Positions 11,236 to 24,035 of a stretch of 64,000 bases of DNA are shown here, piece by piece. This DNA is from Amphiscolops sp. MND2022 (lineage: Eukaryota): contig OZ076409.1 of assembly GCA_964187785.1 (NCBI GenBank), positions 98,582,001 through 98,646,000 of the forward strand, given 5' to 3'. Under the pieces are notes generated by a model, which searched no databases, was not told the DNA's origin, and worked only from the letters and a program-made list of their open reading frames with translations. The stretch's first letter is position 1, and every line of letters begins with the position of its first letter. Made by a program: the position numbers and the translations under genes.

Positions 11236-13290
11236 GGCTGTATGCTATTTTAGTTACTTGACTATTTTAGTTACTAGTAGCTATATAAAATAGCCAAGTA
11301 ATCAAAAGGTGGAGATTGTGGAGATTTGGCAAAATTTGGAAAAAAACGCGTCACAGATCATGATTTCCCTCCCCCATTTTAAAAATGTGGGGTCGGAAAA
11401 TAACAATTTATATGCAACATTCAAACACAAACGTTCCTGAAGTTATTTTTGCAGTTGACGCAGTAATGAGAAGTGAGATATAACTACATAGATATTCCGT
11501 AGAGTTTTCAAAAAAATTTGCTCTAAAAAATAATTCGAGGCACGTCAATTTATATCTGTTGTCTTCTGAAAGTTTTAATTATTTTGTTAAAACGAGTTAA
11601 CGTTGGTAATAAAGGAGGATATCGTTCAAACTTGATTTCTGAAAATATCGATGCCTGAACTAGGCTAAAACTCCATGTAGAGTGGAAGGATCAATTACCA
11701 ATAAAAAACATTATTTGAAAACTTGTCACCGAAGCTACCTTCAAACTTTAGCAAGCATAAGTTCTTTTGCGAACAATGGGCCAATGTTCAAGTTTTTCGG
11801 CACTATGTGAGTTCTCGAGAAAATATAAGCGGAAAAAAATTGTGACATTTGTTAATAAAAAGAATTTTTCCGAAAAACGTTTTCCACACAATTTCTTTGA
11901 GGTTTTCTGTTGTGCAAAACCGTTCTCTTAGCTTCACTGTGACATCTTCGTTTTTTAAGGTCCAAAGACAGGCAGGAGTTTGGATCTATTTATTGTATAT
12001 TTCCGATGCAATATCCGACTCGATGACGATGAAGAAACTCGTTTTCCGAGTCTCAAGTGCGACCTCTTTGGTTATTTTGTTTGGTTTTGTGGGACTGAGG
12101 AGAGTTTTGTTATTGCTGGTGGATTTTTTTCTTTTAATTGGATGTTCGCTGTTTCTGTTTTTCTGATATTTTCTGATGTCTTACCTTCATTTAATTTCGG
12201 CAATGTGTGATTTTTTTCCGTTTGGAAATTCATCGGAAAAGAAAAAAATTGAGTTTTTGTGAAGTCTTCAGTAATGAAAATGTTTCTTTTAACCTCGGAA
12301 GGTTTTCAACAAAAATTTATAGTTTTTTGGTGTTCTTTGTGTTGATTCTGATCCAATTTTTTTCGTATATGTTGTTAGTTTGATGTCACGTTTTTTCAGA
12401 CTTTCTTATTTCGATTGAAGAATTTAATTTACAAAAAATTTGGTTCTATTGGCTCGTTTTTCATCAAACAAGAAGCTTAGTATACGATTGAAAGCGAAAA
12501 TACAAGTCCTTTAGATCGTATCAACATTTTTTTAGTAAAACGGGTTTCAATATTCTTTCAACTTAGCAAGTAAGTAAAAAATTTCCGCTTGTTTTTTACC
12601 TTCAAGAAATTCGAGCTTGAGTTAAATGCGACTTGAATTATTGATTTCAAGTAGCGTCGATTTTGATCTCTAAAGCGTTTTGTATATTAGCCAAATTTTT
12701 GTTTGTGTCTCTCAAAGTGATAATTGACGATACTAAAAAAGAAATTTCTTTTGAAATTTTGAAGCGGCTCTTCATTCATTTAATGATACCATTATTTCGA
12801 TTTCATTAGCGGCTGATGTGTAAAAACAACTGCCTTTTGATGAGTAATTGGCATTTTTGCGGGAGTTAGGAATTTCCCAGTTTCTAAATTTAATTTAATT
12901 TACTCCAGTTGAAATGTGTCAATTGACATTTAAAGCCATTGACCGAAACGACTTGCAATATTGTTTTTGCAGTAATAGAACATTATAATGAAACGATACC
13001 AATTATTTTCACGCTCCAAGTTTTTCACGGTGCAGAATTTATGAACAAAAGTTATTGGAATGACGTTCATTTTCTATTCTAAGATGTTGCAACTTCAGAA
13101 TTTTGCTTATTTTCCGCAAGATTTTTTTCCAATTCAGGACGATCACAGTCTTTCGTTTTTTCTCTTTTTTTAAAAGACAGACTTGAAGCGACGAAATTTT
13201 CGTTCAGTTTGTTCAACTAAACGAATACCCGGTAAACGCGTCTAAGTTATTGCAAAGGGTCCTCCCTTCCATATTTTACTTTTTAAACGT

Positions 13291-13748
13291 TCTAGGATTA
13301 TGAGCAGGATTGCGATTGAAGATGATTGTAGAAGTGAATATTGTATTGAATATTTATTGATCTGAATTGATGCATAGTAGGTTGAGCACCCCGTATATAA
13401 AGGCTATAAACAGGTTAATTTACATACAAAATACTAGTAGCGCCAGATTCCTTGAATTACATAGAAATTCCAAGAAGTCCATGACGTGAGTCGTACCATA
13501 TATGGTGATGACGTAACATGATTCTTTGAAACGTAGTATCTTTCAGTGAAATTGACAGCAGTTCTCTGCGAAATGACCGAAAAGGCGCATTCTAATTTAA
13601 GTTCACGTCATTCAATTGTTGTTGTCCAATTTCACTCTCGTTGTGAATTCATTTACACTGTTACGCGGTTTGAGTCAGGTTAGTTCAATTTTCATTGTAT
13701 GCTTTTTCTTTCGAACACTTGAAAGAATCTTGCTCGAGATTTCTAACA
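13291..13748 (-). repeat. Copia 3' LTR, 458 bp (second copy 18367-18824; 18-bp tip of the 5' LTR at 19134-19151)
   Basis: Bounded by the PPT and the TSD; the tip tgctcgagatttctaaca recurs immediately before the right-hand TSD. Confidence 0.85.
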
Positions 13749-13759
13749 CCCCCACTCAG

Positions 13760-15449
13760 TCTGACCTTCTTCTGAAGTTCTAGACTGTTTCCGCCAAGAA
13801 GTCGATCCCTGTGTTTTTTAAGTTTTGGCTTAGCCAGAGCTTTCGTCATCAGGTCTGCACACATGTCTTCCGTTGCACAGTATTGGAGTTCGACAGTTCC
13901 GTCCTCTACCCTCTCTCTGACGAAATGGTGTTTGATGTCTATGTGCTTAGTTCGCTACTGCATTACAGGATTATTGCACATCTTGATGCAGCTTTGGTTG
14001 TCCTCTTGTATGACTGTGGCTCCCTCTGACTTGACACCCATCTCTTCCAATAAAGATCTAAGGTAGAGAACCTCTTGCACCGCTGGTGCCATTGCTTGAT
14101 ATTCTGCCTCGCTGCTCGAAATAGCTGCTGTTGGTTGCTTCTTCGAGTTCCAGCTGATCGCCGCTCCTTCCTTCTGGACCATGAATGCAAAACCAGTTGT
14201 TGACCGTCTGTCATCGACGTCACTGGCCCAGTCCACGTCGCATGCTCCAAAAAGTTGAAGCCCGTCAGCATCTCGTCGAAACGTCAAACCAAGATCCCGG
14301 GTGCCTTTCAGATACCGTAGCACTCGCTTCGCAGCCATCCAGTGAACCTTGCCAGGATTCTCCAGGTATCTGGAGAGTCTGCTCACTGTTGCCAGAATGT
14401 CAGGTCGAGTCTGCTTGGCTATGTATAATAGACAACCCACTATTCCTCGGTAATCACAGCCCTTCATCTCTGCTGCTTCTGTTGAACCACCCTCTGGACA
14501 ATCAGCTTTACTGAATGAACTGTTCACATCTGCCGGTGTTGACACAGGCTTGCAGTCAACTAGACCATATCGTCTGAGGCACTCATCAATGTACTGTGTT
14601 TGACTGACAGTCACAGCACCGGGTTGTTGCTTGATTGTCATGCCCAGAAACCACGCCAATTGCACACGATCGTCCATTCTGAAACGTTGGTTGAAGTCGT
14701 CTGTCAGTTTGTTGATGCGGCCCTTGCTCTTGCAGCCAATGATGATGTCATCTACCCACACCAGAACGTAGCACAATTCGTCTCCCACGCTGCTTGTGAA
14801 TAGGCAAAAATCATTTTTTGCTTCTAATGAAACCCGTTTTCTCTAAAATAGAACTTAGCGTTTGATACCAGTCTCGTCCTGCTTGCTTCAAACCATAAAC
14901 ACTGCGTTGAAGTAAACACACTTTGTCGTTGCCCTCTGTGAACCCTTCTGGTTGTTCCATGTAGACCGTTTCTGTCAAAGGTGAGTTTAAGTAGGCCGTT
15001 TTGACGTCCATCTGGTGAAGCTCTAGGCCCCACTGAGCAGCTAGTGCGAACAAAGTTCTCATCGTCTCTGGCTTGCACGTTGGAGCATACGTCTCGTGAA
15101 AGTCCAGTCCCGGGACTTGCATGAAACCCTTCGCGACATAGCGAGCCATGAACTTATCGATGTTTCCTTGCTCATCTGTCTTGATGTTGTAGACCCAGCG
15201 CCCAGTGATCACCTTTCTATCCTTTGGCCTGTCAACTAGCGTCCATGTTGAATTATCGTTGAGCGAATTCAATTCGTCTTCCATTGCAGCCTGCCACTTC
15301 TCCTTTTCTGGAGATGCCATTGCCTCTCTGTAGCTGCCAGGTTCGTCAGGGTAGATTGCCTCAGCGCGTTGGGACCCTGATTTCCCTTCTCGGTCGCGTG
15401 TTGGCTGGTTGAACCTCAACTGTTTGACCATTGTCTTCGTCTTGATCAC
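13760..15449 (-). pseudogene. Copia reverse transcriptase-RNase H, frameshifted with an internal stop
   Basis: ORF 14811-15449 has QMDVKTAYLN and YGLKQ; ORF 13955-14788 has VWVDDI, TRPDI and SSSEAEY; RTKHIDIKHHFVRE continues past the stop at 13955. Confidence 0.92.
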
Positions 15450-17247
15450 CAGTGACCTCTGCGGCAGCTTGAGCCTCTGCGCTTTCTTCAGTGTTGTCCC
15501 CCACTGTGTCCTCGAGAGACCTTGGAGGACAACTCAATGAAATGAAGATTTCACTTTCTTCCTTCGGTGTACCTCCACCCAGAAGTGGAATGTTGTTCTC
15601 GCCGAAAGTCACACTTCTTGCTTTGATCACCGTCTGTGTCACTGTATCCATCATGAGGTAGGCCTTACTGTTGTCGTCGTACCCAATGAACTTGGCCTTC
15701 GTTGCCTTGTTGTCCAGCTTGGATCTCTTTGCAGACCTCTTGAGAACATAACCTAAGCAGCCAAAAACCCTAACATGATCTAATTTTGGTTTGTTACCGA
15801 AATAGACCTCGTATGGTGATCTTCCATCGTTGCTGCTTGTTGGACATCGGTTGCGTAGGTAAACAGCAGTTGCCATGGCCCTGACCCAGAATTGTTTGCC
15901 CAGCTTTCCCTCAAGCAGCAAACATCTTGTCATTTCAATACTGACTCTGTTGAATCTCTCGGCCACTCCATTTTGTTGTGGGGTACCCGGCACCGTCAGC
16001 TCCTGATGTATGCCCATTGAATTACCGTAGTTCTTGAATGCTGTCGAAGTGTATTCTCCACCATTGTCAGTTCGAAGTTCTGTTGGTGCCCCGTAACGAA
16101 CCACGTATTCTTTGAAGCACTCAAGGGTGTCACTTTTGCGTATCACAAAATTGACCACTGCATATCGGCTGAAATTGTCAATGAACGTCAGTGCATACCG
16201 TGCCCCATGTAAACTGGGCACCTCGAATGGTCCTTGAATGTCGCTGAAGACCCGCTCGCCCTTGTGTTTGCTCCTCGTCTGGGTTTGCTTTGGAACTGGT
16301 AGTTCATGAAGCTTGGACATCGAACACACTTCACACACTTCGCGTTGGCCCCCGTTGAGGTCAGAGTGCACCTTCTTGACATCGTTGAAATTTAGGTGCC
16401 CCATCCGTCTGTGCCAGAGCGTTGCATCCCCTGTCTCCTTCACTGAGTGTGCTCGAGCCAGGCCACTGAATCTGCATTGAAGATAGTAGAGCTGACCCTG
16501 AAGACACATCGGCAATGCTTCGTCTTGACCACTTTGATTGACCGGTTGGTCACTCTTGAAGATGAAAGTAATGCCCTTCGCCTCCGCCCTACTGACACTC
16601 ATTAGGTTCACATTGTAGCTTGGGACGAACAAAACGTCGTGGAATTTGTACATTAGCTCAATGCTGTTGACATCAGTAATGAACGCCTCCACGGTGCCCT
16701 TGCCCTTCACGTCTGCCAGAGAGCCATTCGGGTTGACCACACCCTCTCCATTGTTGGATGCCTCAAACGTCGTGAAGAGAGACCTGTCGTAGACCACGTG
16801 ATCAGTGCAACCTGAGTCCACTACAAAAGAGGACTCCAGTTTCCAGCCAGACCTTGAGGCTGAAAACGTCTTTGCACTGCTTGAGCTCTCAGGTTCCTTG
16901 CAGTCCCGCTGATAGTGCCCCTTCTTCTTACATCTATAGCACGTAATGTGGTCAATGCCCTCCTTCGTCTGAACTTTGTGTTCAGCACCACCCTTCTTCG
17001 CATCGCGTGAATTGCCCTTCCTCAGCCCATGCATCGCCACATGATTGCCAGTCTGCTGCTCCTCTTGCCTCACCCGTTTCGGGTCTTCGAAGTTGCGTAG
17101 CCTCGTTCTGAGCTCTTGGAACGTTGTTGCAGGTTGGAAGCTCTCCTGGACCACAAAATGCTCGTATTGCTCGGGGAGGCCATTGATCAGCAGAGCATTG
17201 AAGAGTGTGTCCGAGACCCGTACACCAGCATCACTAAGCCTGGTCAT
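15361..17247 (-). CDS. Copia Gag(C-terminal)-protease-integrase, 5' truncated
   Basis: CYRCKKKGHYQRDC knuckle; VVDSGCTDH protease; LWHRRMGH...CEVC; SDIQGP / TDNGGEY / NGVAERFNR DDE motifs. Confidence 0.93.
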   Translation of the reverse strand: MTRLSDAGVRVSDTLFNALLINGLPEQYEHFVVQESFQPATTFQELRTRLRNFEDPKRVRQEEQQTGNHVAMHGLRKGNSRDAKKGGAEHKVQTKEGIDHITCYRCKKKGHYQRDCKEPESSSSAKTFSASRSGWKLESSFVVDSGCTDHVVYDRSLFTTFEASNNGEGVVNPNGSLADVKGKGTVEAFITDVNSIELMYKFHDVLFVPSYNVNLMSVSRAEAKGITFIFKSDQPVNQSGQDEALPMCLQGQLYYLQCRFSGLARAHSVKETGDATLWHRRMGHLNFNDVKKVHSDLNGGQREVCEVCSMSKLHELPVPKQTQTRSKHKGERVFSDIQGPFEVPSLHGARYALTFIDNFSRYAVVNFVIRKSDTLECFKEYVVRYGAPTELRTDNGGEYTSTAFKNYGNSMGIHQELTVPGTPQQNGVAERFNRVSIEMTRCLLLEGKLGKQFWVRAMATAVYLRNRCPTSSNDGRSPYEVYFGNKPKLDHVRVFGCLGYVLKRSAKRSKLDNKATKAKFIGYDDNSKAYLMMDTVTQTVIKARSVTFGENNIPLLGGGTPKEESEIFISLSCPPRSLEDTVGDNTEESAEAQAAAEVTGDQDEDNGQTVEVQPANTRPRREIRVPTR

Positions 17248-19156
17248 CAGCTCTTGACTTCTGACGAAGTAGTCATCTAGCTTCTCTTTTTTTCCGTTTG
17301 GAAATTCATCGGAAAAGAAAAAAATTGAGTTTTTGTGAAGTCTTCAGTAATGAAAATGTTTCTTTTAACCTCGGAAGGTTTTCAACAAAAATTTATAGTT
17401 TTTTGGTGTTCTTTGTGTTGATTCTGATCCAATTTTTTTCGTATATGTTGTTAGTTTGATGTCACGTTTTTTCAGACTTTCTTATTTCGATTGAAGAATT
17501 TAATTTACAAAAAATTTGGTTCTATTGGCTCGTTTTTCATCAAACAAGAAGCTTAGTATACGATTGAAAGCGAAAATACAAGTCCTTTAGATCGTATCAA
17601 CATTTTTTTAGTAAAACGGGTTTCAATATTCTTTCAACTTAGCAAGTAAGTAAAAAATTTCCGCTTGTTTTTTACCTTCAAGAAATTCGAGCTTGAGTTA
17701 AATGCGACTTGAATTATTGATTTCAAGTAGCGTCGATTTTGATCTCTAAAGCGTTTTGTATATTAGCCAAATTTTTGTTTGTGTCTCTCAAAGTGATAAT
17801 TGACGATACTAAAAAAGAAATTTCTTTTGAAATTTTGAAGCGGCTCTTCATTCATTTAATGATACCATTATTTCGATTTCATTAGCGGCTGATGTGTAAA
17901 AACAACTGCCTTTTGATGAGTAATTGGCATTTTTGCGGGAGTTAGGAATTTCCCAGTTTCTAAATTTAATTTAATTTACTCCAGTTGAAATGTGTCAATT
18001 GACATTTAAAGCCATTGACCGAAACGACTTGCAATATTGTTTTTGCAGTAATAGAACATTATAATGAAACGATACCAATTATTTTCACGCTCCAAGTTTT
18101 TCACGGTGCAGAATTTATGAACAAAAGTTATTGGAATGACGTTCATTTTCTATTCTAAGATGTTGCAACTTCAGAATTTTGCTTATTTTCCGCAAGATTT
18201 TTTTCCAATTCAGGACGATCACAGTCTTTCGTTTTTTCTCTTTTTTTAAAAGACAGACTTGAAGCGACGAAATTTTCGTTCAGTTTGTTCAACTAAACGA
18301 ATACCCGGTAAACGCGTCTAAGTTATTGCAAAGGGTCCTCCCTTCCATATTTTACTTTTTAAACGTTCTAGGATTATGAGCAGGATTGCGATTGAAGATG
18401 ATTGTAGAAGTGAATATTGTATTGAATATTTATTGATCTGAATTGATGCATAGTAGGTTGAGCACCCCGTATATAAAGGCTATAAACAGGTTAATTTACA
18501 TACAAAATACTAGTAGCGCCAGATTCCTTGAATTACATAGAAATTCCAAGAAGTCCATGACGTGAGTCGTACCATATATGGTGATGACGTAACATGATTC
18601 TTTGAAACGTAGTATCTTTCAGTGAAATTGACAGCAGTTCTCTGCGAAATGACCGAAAAGGCGCATTCTAATTTAAGTTCACGTCATTCAATTGTTGTTG
18701 TCCAATTTCACTCTCGTTGTGAATTCATTTACACTGTTACGCGGTTTGAGTCAGGTTAGTTCAATTTTCATTGTATGCTTTTTCTTTCGAAGACTTGAAA
18801 GAATCTAGCTCGAGATTTCTAACACCCCCACTCAGTCTGACCTTCTTCTGAAGTTCTAGACTGTTTCCGCCAAGAAGTCGATCCCTGTGTTTTTTAAGTT
18901 TTGGCTTAGCCAGAGCTTTCGTCATCAGGTCTGCACACATGTCTTCCGTTGCACAGTATTGGAGTTCGACAGTTCCGTCCTCTACCCTCTCTCTGACGAA
19001 ATGGTGTTTGATGTCTATGTGCTTAGTTCGCTACTGCATTACAGGATTATTGCACTTCTTGATGCAGCTTTGGTTGTCCTCTTGTATGACTGTGGCTCCC
19101 TCTGACTTGACACCCATCTCTTCCAATAAAGTATGCTCGAGATTTCTAACAAACGT

Positions 19157-19462
19157 GGCATACAAAACCGGACGAGACTAAAGAGTCCCCTTTCATTTTT
19201 TTCGGCGCTGTGAGACTTTTTTCGAATTTTCTTGTGTTCAAAGGGTCCTCCCTTCGATTTTATTGAAGTCCACCCTTGTAATATCCGGAGATAAGCGCTA
19301 TATCCGAACTTTTGAGGTTATATCCGAACTATATTGCGTTTTTGTAAGGAGGAGGCAGAGGTCCGAAAATAGGAGTTTTTTATGAAAATGTCCTACGATA
19401 TTTCAAATCTGCGCTTTTTGAGCCATAGATATAGCGCCGACTTTAGACGTTCCCGTCTGGTT
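19157..19462. mobile_element. Right part of the HINE-like element into which copia inserted (left part ~13197-13290)
   Basis: Joining the flanks gives aagggtcctcccttccatattttactttttaaacgtggcatacaaaacc, similar to the reverse complement of 37647-37694; ends gcgccgactttagacgttcccgtctgg. Confidence 0.65.
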
Positions 19463-19591
19463 TGGTATTTAGTTTCCATCCATATATGGAAACATTGCAT
19501 GAACTACATTCCAGGTCAACCGGTATTCACAATGTTTGCCTCAGTTTTCTCCAGGTTCTATAGAAACAGAGAATCATGCAAGAAATGTCTG

Positions 19592-20748
19592 TTTTACGTC
19601 TGCAAGGTAAACTAACAAAAACACTTACCAAGCTTTACGACGGCCTGGTTGACAACTTGCGGACAACTTTAAATCTTGTTTTGTCCAGGAAAGGCACTTG
19701 CAAAAACCACTTCTCAGAACCTTCAATGGGTGGTATTGCAACGATTTTCAATCAAAAATTCAGCTTGCGTTACTTTGAATAAGTTTCCGAAGTCGGTGAA
19801 ACAATTACTGCATCTTGGACTTTGCACTTTTTCCTTTCAAAAACATAAAGTAGCTTTGGAGCTCTAATTTGTGATTATGGGAATCAACTTAGCTGTCTGG
19901 ATGAGTGGTAGCGTCGTTGATCTGCTAAACCAGACGATAAGTCCAAATCCTTGCGTCCACGATAACTTTCTCAAGCAAAAATATCGCAACCATTTGCAAT
20001 ATAATAAATTGACGTTGGAATTTCGAAACAATATAATATCACTTGTTCAACTCCAAAAAGCTCTTCAATAGCCAGAGTTAACTGAATTACTTGAACGAGA
20101 AACTTCCAAGCTTTCACTTTCTTCAATACTTGAGTAGCAAAGTCGACTGATTTGGATCTCTACTTGGTTGCTGGTCTTTTTTGTCTTAGGCGTTAACTCT
20201 GGTTACTTTTACATACAGGAAATATTTATTAGCGGATGTTTGTGGTTAAATTTACCATCACCACACAAGCGCCTTGATATATAGAATAAGCAGAAACAAA
20301 CTATTTAACTGAGTTGAAGATATACACCAAAATATGTAAAAGTATATATAAAAAGCATACATTTACACCATTTTATGGTTCATGATTATATTTGTTATTT
20401 GCACTCAAAGCTTCTATCAGGTTACAAACACTCTCTCAACTTCCGCCTGGACTAGATATAACCAAATATGACCTACTTGAAAGGTTTATTACACAAACAG
20501 AACGATAAAGCACCAAATTTGTACTATATCAGAGGGAAGTCTGATTTTGAGCCAGAAAAACTTTTTTTGACATTTTTGTCTCCGATTCTCAATTTTCTTG
20601 CCCAAATTGGTCGAATGCCATAAAAAATCAGCTGCTTGCTACTTTTGTCTTCGAAATCCAAAAAATAACGTCTTTGTAGCAGTTCGAAAACCAGGATTTT
20701 CGACCCCTTCTGGTCACAATTTCTCAAGTCAATTCTGAGGCGCCAACA
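19592..20748 (-). repeat. BEL 3' LTR (1157 bp)
   Basis: Direct repeat of 27470-28629 with roughly 14 differences by eye; starts TGTTGGCGCC on - after aaaacggggccggcgt. Confidence 0.93.
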
Positions 20749-23700
20749 ACGCCGGCCCCGTTTTCAGATTGAAAACGCTCTTTAAAAACTGGCGCCAATT
20801 TTATCACAGGTCGTGTCAGTGTACCGTCATGAGTTTTGATGAGAACTGATCTCACAACGCCATCTTTTCCTGGGTAAGTCTGAAGAACTCTTGCCATCTT
20901 GTAATGAGATCGCTTCAAATTGTCTTCTATTAACCAAACAAGATCTCCAACTTGAAGATTTGGTTCTGACTTGTTCCATTGTGATCTCGCATTGTTCTGA
21001 GGTAGATATTCTTTGACCCATCGTTTCCATATCATGTCTGCATAAGCTTGACAAGATCGAAACATTTTTCGATGGTTAGCGTATAACTCCGCATTCGGGA
21101 TAAAGGGTATACAAATGTTTGCTCGACCCAGAATAAAATGATTTGGCGTAAGTGCTTCCAAGTCATTGGGATCATCACTTGCTGGAGTAATTGGTCGGGC
21201 ATTCAAAGTTTGTTCAACCAAACACATAGTCGTAGTCAATGATTCGTCAGTTAGTGCTCGATTGCCAAGAATGGCTATCATTGCCTTCTTGCAACTTCTG
21301 ACTAATCGTTTCCAAACACCCCCAAAATGAGGTGCTCCGGGAGGGTTGAATTTCCATACAACATGCTTTTAGGCCAGCTCTGAAGTAATTTGGTCATGAT
21401 TCCACGAGTTGATGTACTCTTTCAACTCTCTTGCAGATCCAACGAAGTTCGTACCATTATCGCTAACGATGGTCGCTGGTTTGCCACGTCTAGCAACAAA
21501 TCTGTTGATAGCTACCAAACAAGAATCTGTGTCAAGGCTTCGAACTACTTCGATGTGTACGGCTCTGGTAGTCAAACATGTAAATAAACAGCACCAACGT
21601 TTCATATATCTTCGTAACAATTTTACTTCAAACGGACCGAAATATTCCACCCCAACATTGGTAAAGGGATATGATTGATAATCAAGTCTTTCTGGGGGTA
21701 GGTCGGCCATAAGCGGGGTTTTATTCTGTGCACGTAATTTGCGACAGAACAAACAACTACTTTTGATACTCCTCAAAGCATTCCGTAACCCGATTATCCA
21801 AAATTTTTGTTGAATAACACTTCTCACATACTCTACACCTTCATGATTATGTTCAAAGTGTAGATCTCGCAACATGGTTTTTACCATACCGTGTTTCGTA
21901 GATAACAATACTGGGTGACGTTGTTCAAAGCTCAAGTTGGCATGCTTGATGCGACCCCTAATTCTGATAACACCTTTTTCATCAAAAAAGGGTGCAAATT
22001 TTGACAGGTTTCCGCAATTTTTAGTTTTACCGAAACTTTCCTTTTCACTGAAAAGTTCCGAGAAAGATTCTCTTTGAATCACTTTCAAAACTCGTTCTTC
22101 TGCTCGATTCAATTCTTCAACGAGTAAAACTTTCGATTGACTTCTATACTTCAAACGCAAACAAAACGCGATAACACGGACGCATTTCGAAAAACTACTA
22201 AATTTGTTCCATTTAACCGCTAACTCCTGAGTCATACTTGTGTTCGCAAATACTGAAACTTCAGCATGATCATCAGGAATCACGTTTATTGGCTGCAAAG
22301 ATAAAGGCCAATCATCAGGATGGTCTCTCAACCAAGAGGGTCCAGGTAACCATTCACTTTCTGATAACTTCTCTATGGTTATACCACGAGTTCCAATGTC
22401 AGATGGATTCAACTCGCCTCGGATATGTTTCCATTCATCAATGGTTGAGGTTTCCAGAATCTCAGCTGCTCTGTTGGCAACAAAGACGTTTTGCCTTTTG
22501 TCCGCGGAGTTTAACCATTGTAATACAGTAACGGAATCTGTCCAATGAGTAACACTGTTAATAGGTAAATCGTGTTCTTCAATAACCAATTTTCTCAACC
22601 TCACGGAATACAAGGCTGCTTGTAACTCAAGACGTGGAATATACAACTGTAAAATAGGAGCTTTTCTACATTTGCCCAACACAAATGACACTTCGATGCC
22701 CTCTTCGGTTTCTCCTCGAAAATAGGCAACAATGCGCATTGCTTCCATTGAGGCATCACTGAAAATATGTAACTGCAAGTTTTTGGGGATATTGGAAAAA
22801 TACTTCCGAGAGAGGGATGTCTGTTTTATTGTCTGCATTTCTTTTACCCACTCGAGAAAGATTCGCTTATCTTCTTCGTAGATATTTTCGTCCCATCACT
22901 GACAAAACGAATCCAAATACATTTCAAAAGCATCCTCATTCGCATGGTAAACGGTGCAAAGATTCTCATGGGATCAAATACCGATGAAACAAAAGATAAT
23001 ACCACTCGCTGTGTCACTTCGTTCAGGCATCCTTTGTTTGGTCCTCGGCAGACTTGAAGACTGTCCGCATCTATTATCCATTCTAGACCTAGGATGGGTG
23101 ATGACTATGCGTTTAATGTAAACTCATTAGACTCCAAATGATCTTCCGAGGGGATAATTTCAAGCACGTCAGGGCAATTGCTCGCCCACTTCTTCAAAGT
23201 GAAGCCACTGCGCTTCAGTGTTTCCACCAACTGCTGATAACATTCAATGGCCTCTTGTGGTGTATCAACACTTTTGACCAGGTCGTCCATATAGAAGTTT
23301 CTGTCTATTGTAGCGGCTGCTACCGGAAACTCCTTTTTGTTATCTCTACCTCCTTGTTGGAAACCATAATTGGCACACGTTGGGGAACTCTTTGCTCCAA
23401 ACACATGCCGGTTGTACTCAAAAACTCCAATGTTATCATCTGGTCTATCTCGCCAGAGAAAACGTAAAACTCTACATTCTTCCTTTGGAACTGCTACTTG
23501 TAAAAACATTGACTCTATATCGGCAGTGATTGCTATCTGATGTTCTCTGAACCTGAAAATTATTCCAACTAGATTCCGCAATAGGTCAGGTCCACTAAGT
23601 AGTTTGTCATTCAACGAAACTCCCTTGAACTTCGAGGCTGCGTTGCAAACTCTTCTGACTTTGCCTGGCTTGTGCGGATGTTTCACTGGGTGATGAGGTA

Positions 23701-24022
23701 AATACCCTTGCGTATCATTTTCAGTCTTGTCAATCTCCTCTTGACCGAGTTGTCTAACAAAATTACTTTGTATATCTTTTTCAATGGTAGCTTGATATGC
23801 ATTTTTCATTTCCGAGTCCTTCTCTAGTCTCTTTTCCATCGATAAGAACTGTTGATACGCTGAGTAACAATTGTTAGGCAGATCGGGATTATCATCGGCC
23901 CACATTAAACCAACTTCATAACGCTCGCCGTTGTGTTTTGTTGTTCTTTCTAAAATTGAAAGTGCTCTTTTTTCTTCTTTGGATCGACCAGAGACATCAC
24001 ACACTGAAGCGTATGTCTCCAT
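20724..24022 (-). pseudogene. BEL pol (RT, RNase H, integrase, C-terminal domain) broken by stops and frameshifts
   Basis: YLPHHPV, ADIESMFLQV, FGAKSSP, NFYMDD; HIFSDAS, IPRLELQAA; SDNGTNF; LNARPI, LTPNHFI, RPVIKLAP. Confidence 0.93.
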
Positions 24023-24035
24023 GTCCCACCATTTT

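Larger units (their letters stand above)
12211..19131. repeat. Direct duplication at offset 5076: 12211-14055 is repeated at 17287-19131
   Basis: Near-identical 1845 bp (flank + copia 3' LTR + RNase H end); 3 substitutions noted; junction lies in a 7-T run. Confidence 0.95.
13291..19151 (-). mobile_element. Ty1/copia LTR retrotransposon, rearranged by duplication and deletion; TSD AACGT
   Basis: Domain order gag-PR-IN-RT-RH; PPT (ctgagtggggg on -) abuts the LTR start TGTTAGAAATC; AACGT at 13286-13290 and 19152-19156. Confidence 0.92.

Noticed and set aside
13291..18824. Intact copia bounded by two LTRs
   Set aside because: The second LTR is a duplicated 3' LTR followed by PPT and RH sequence; there is no PBS, and 1.08 kb of flank intervenes
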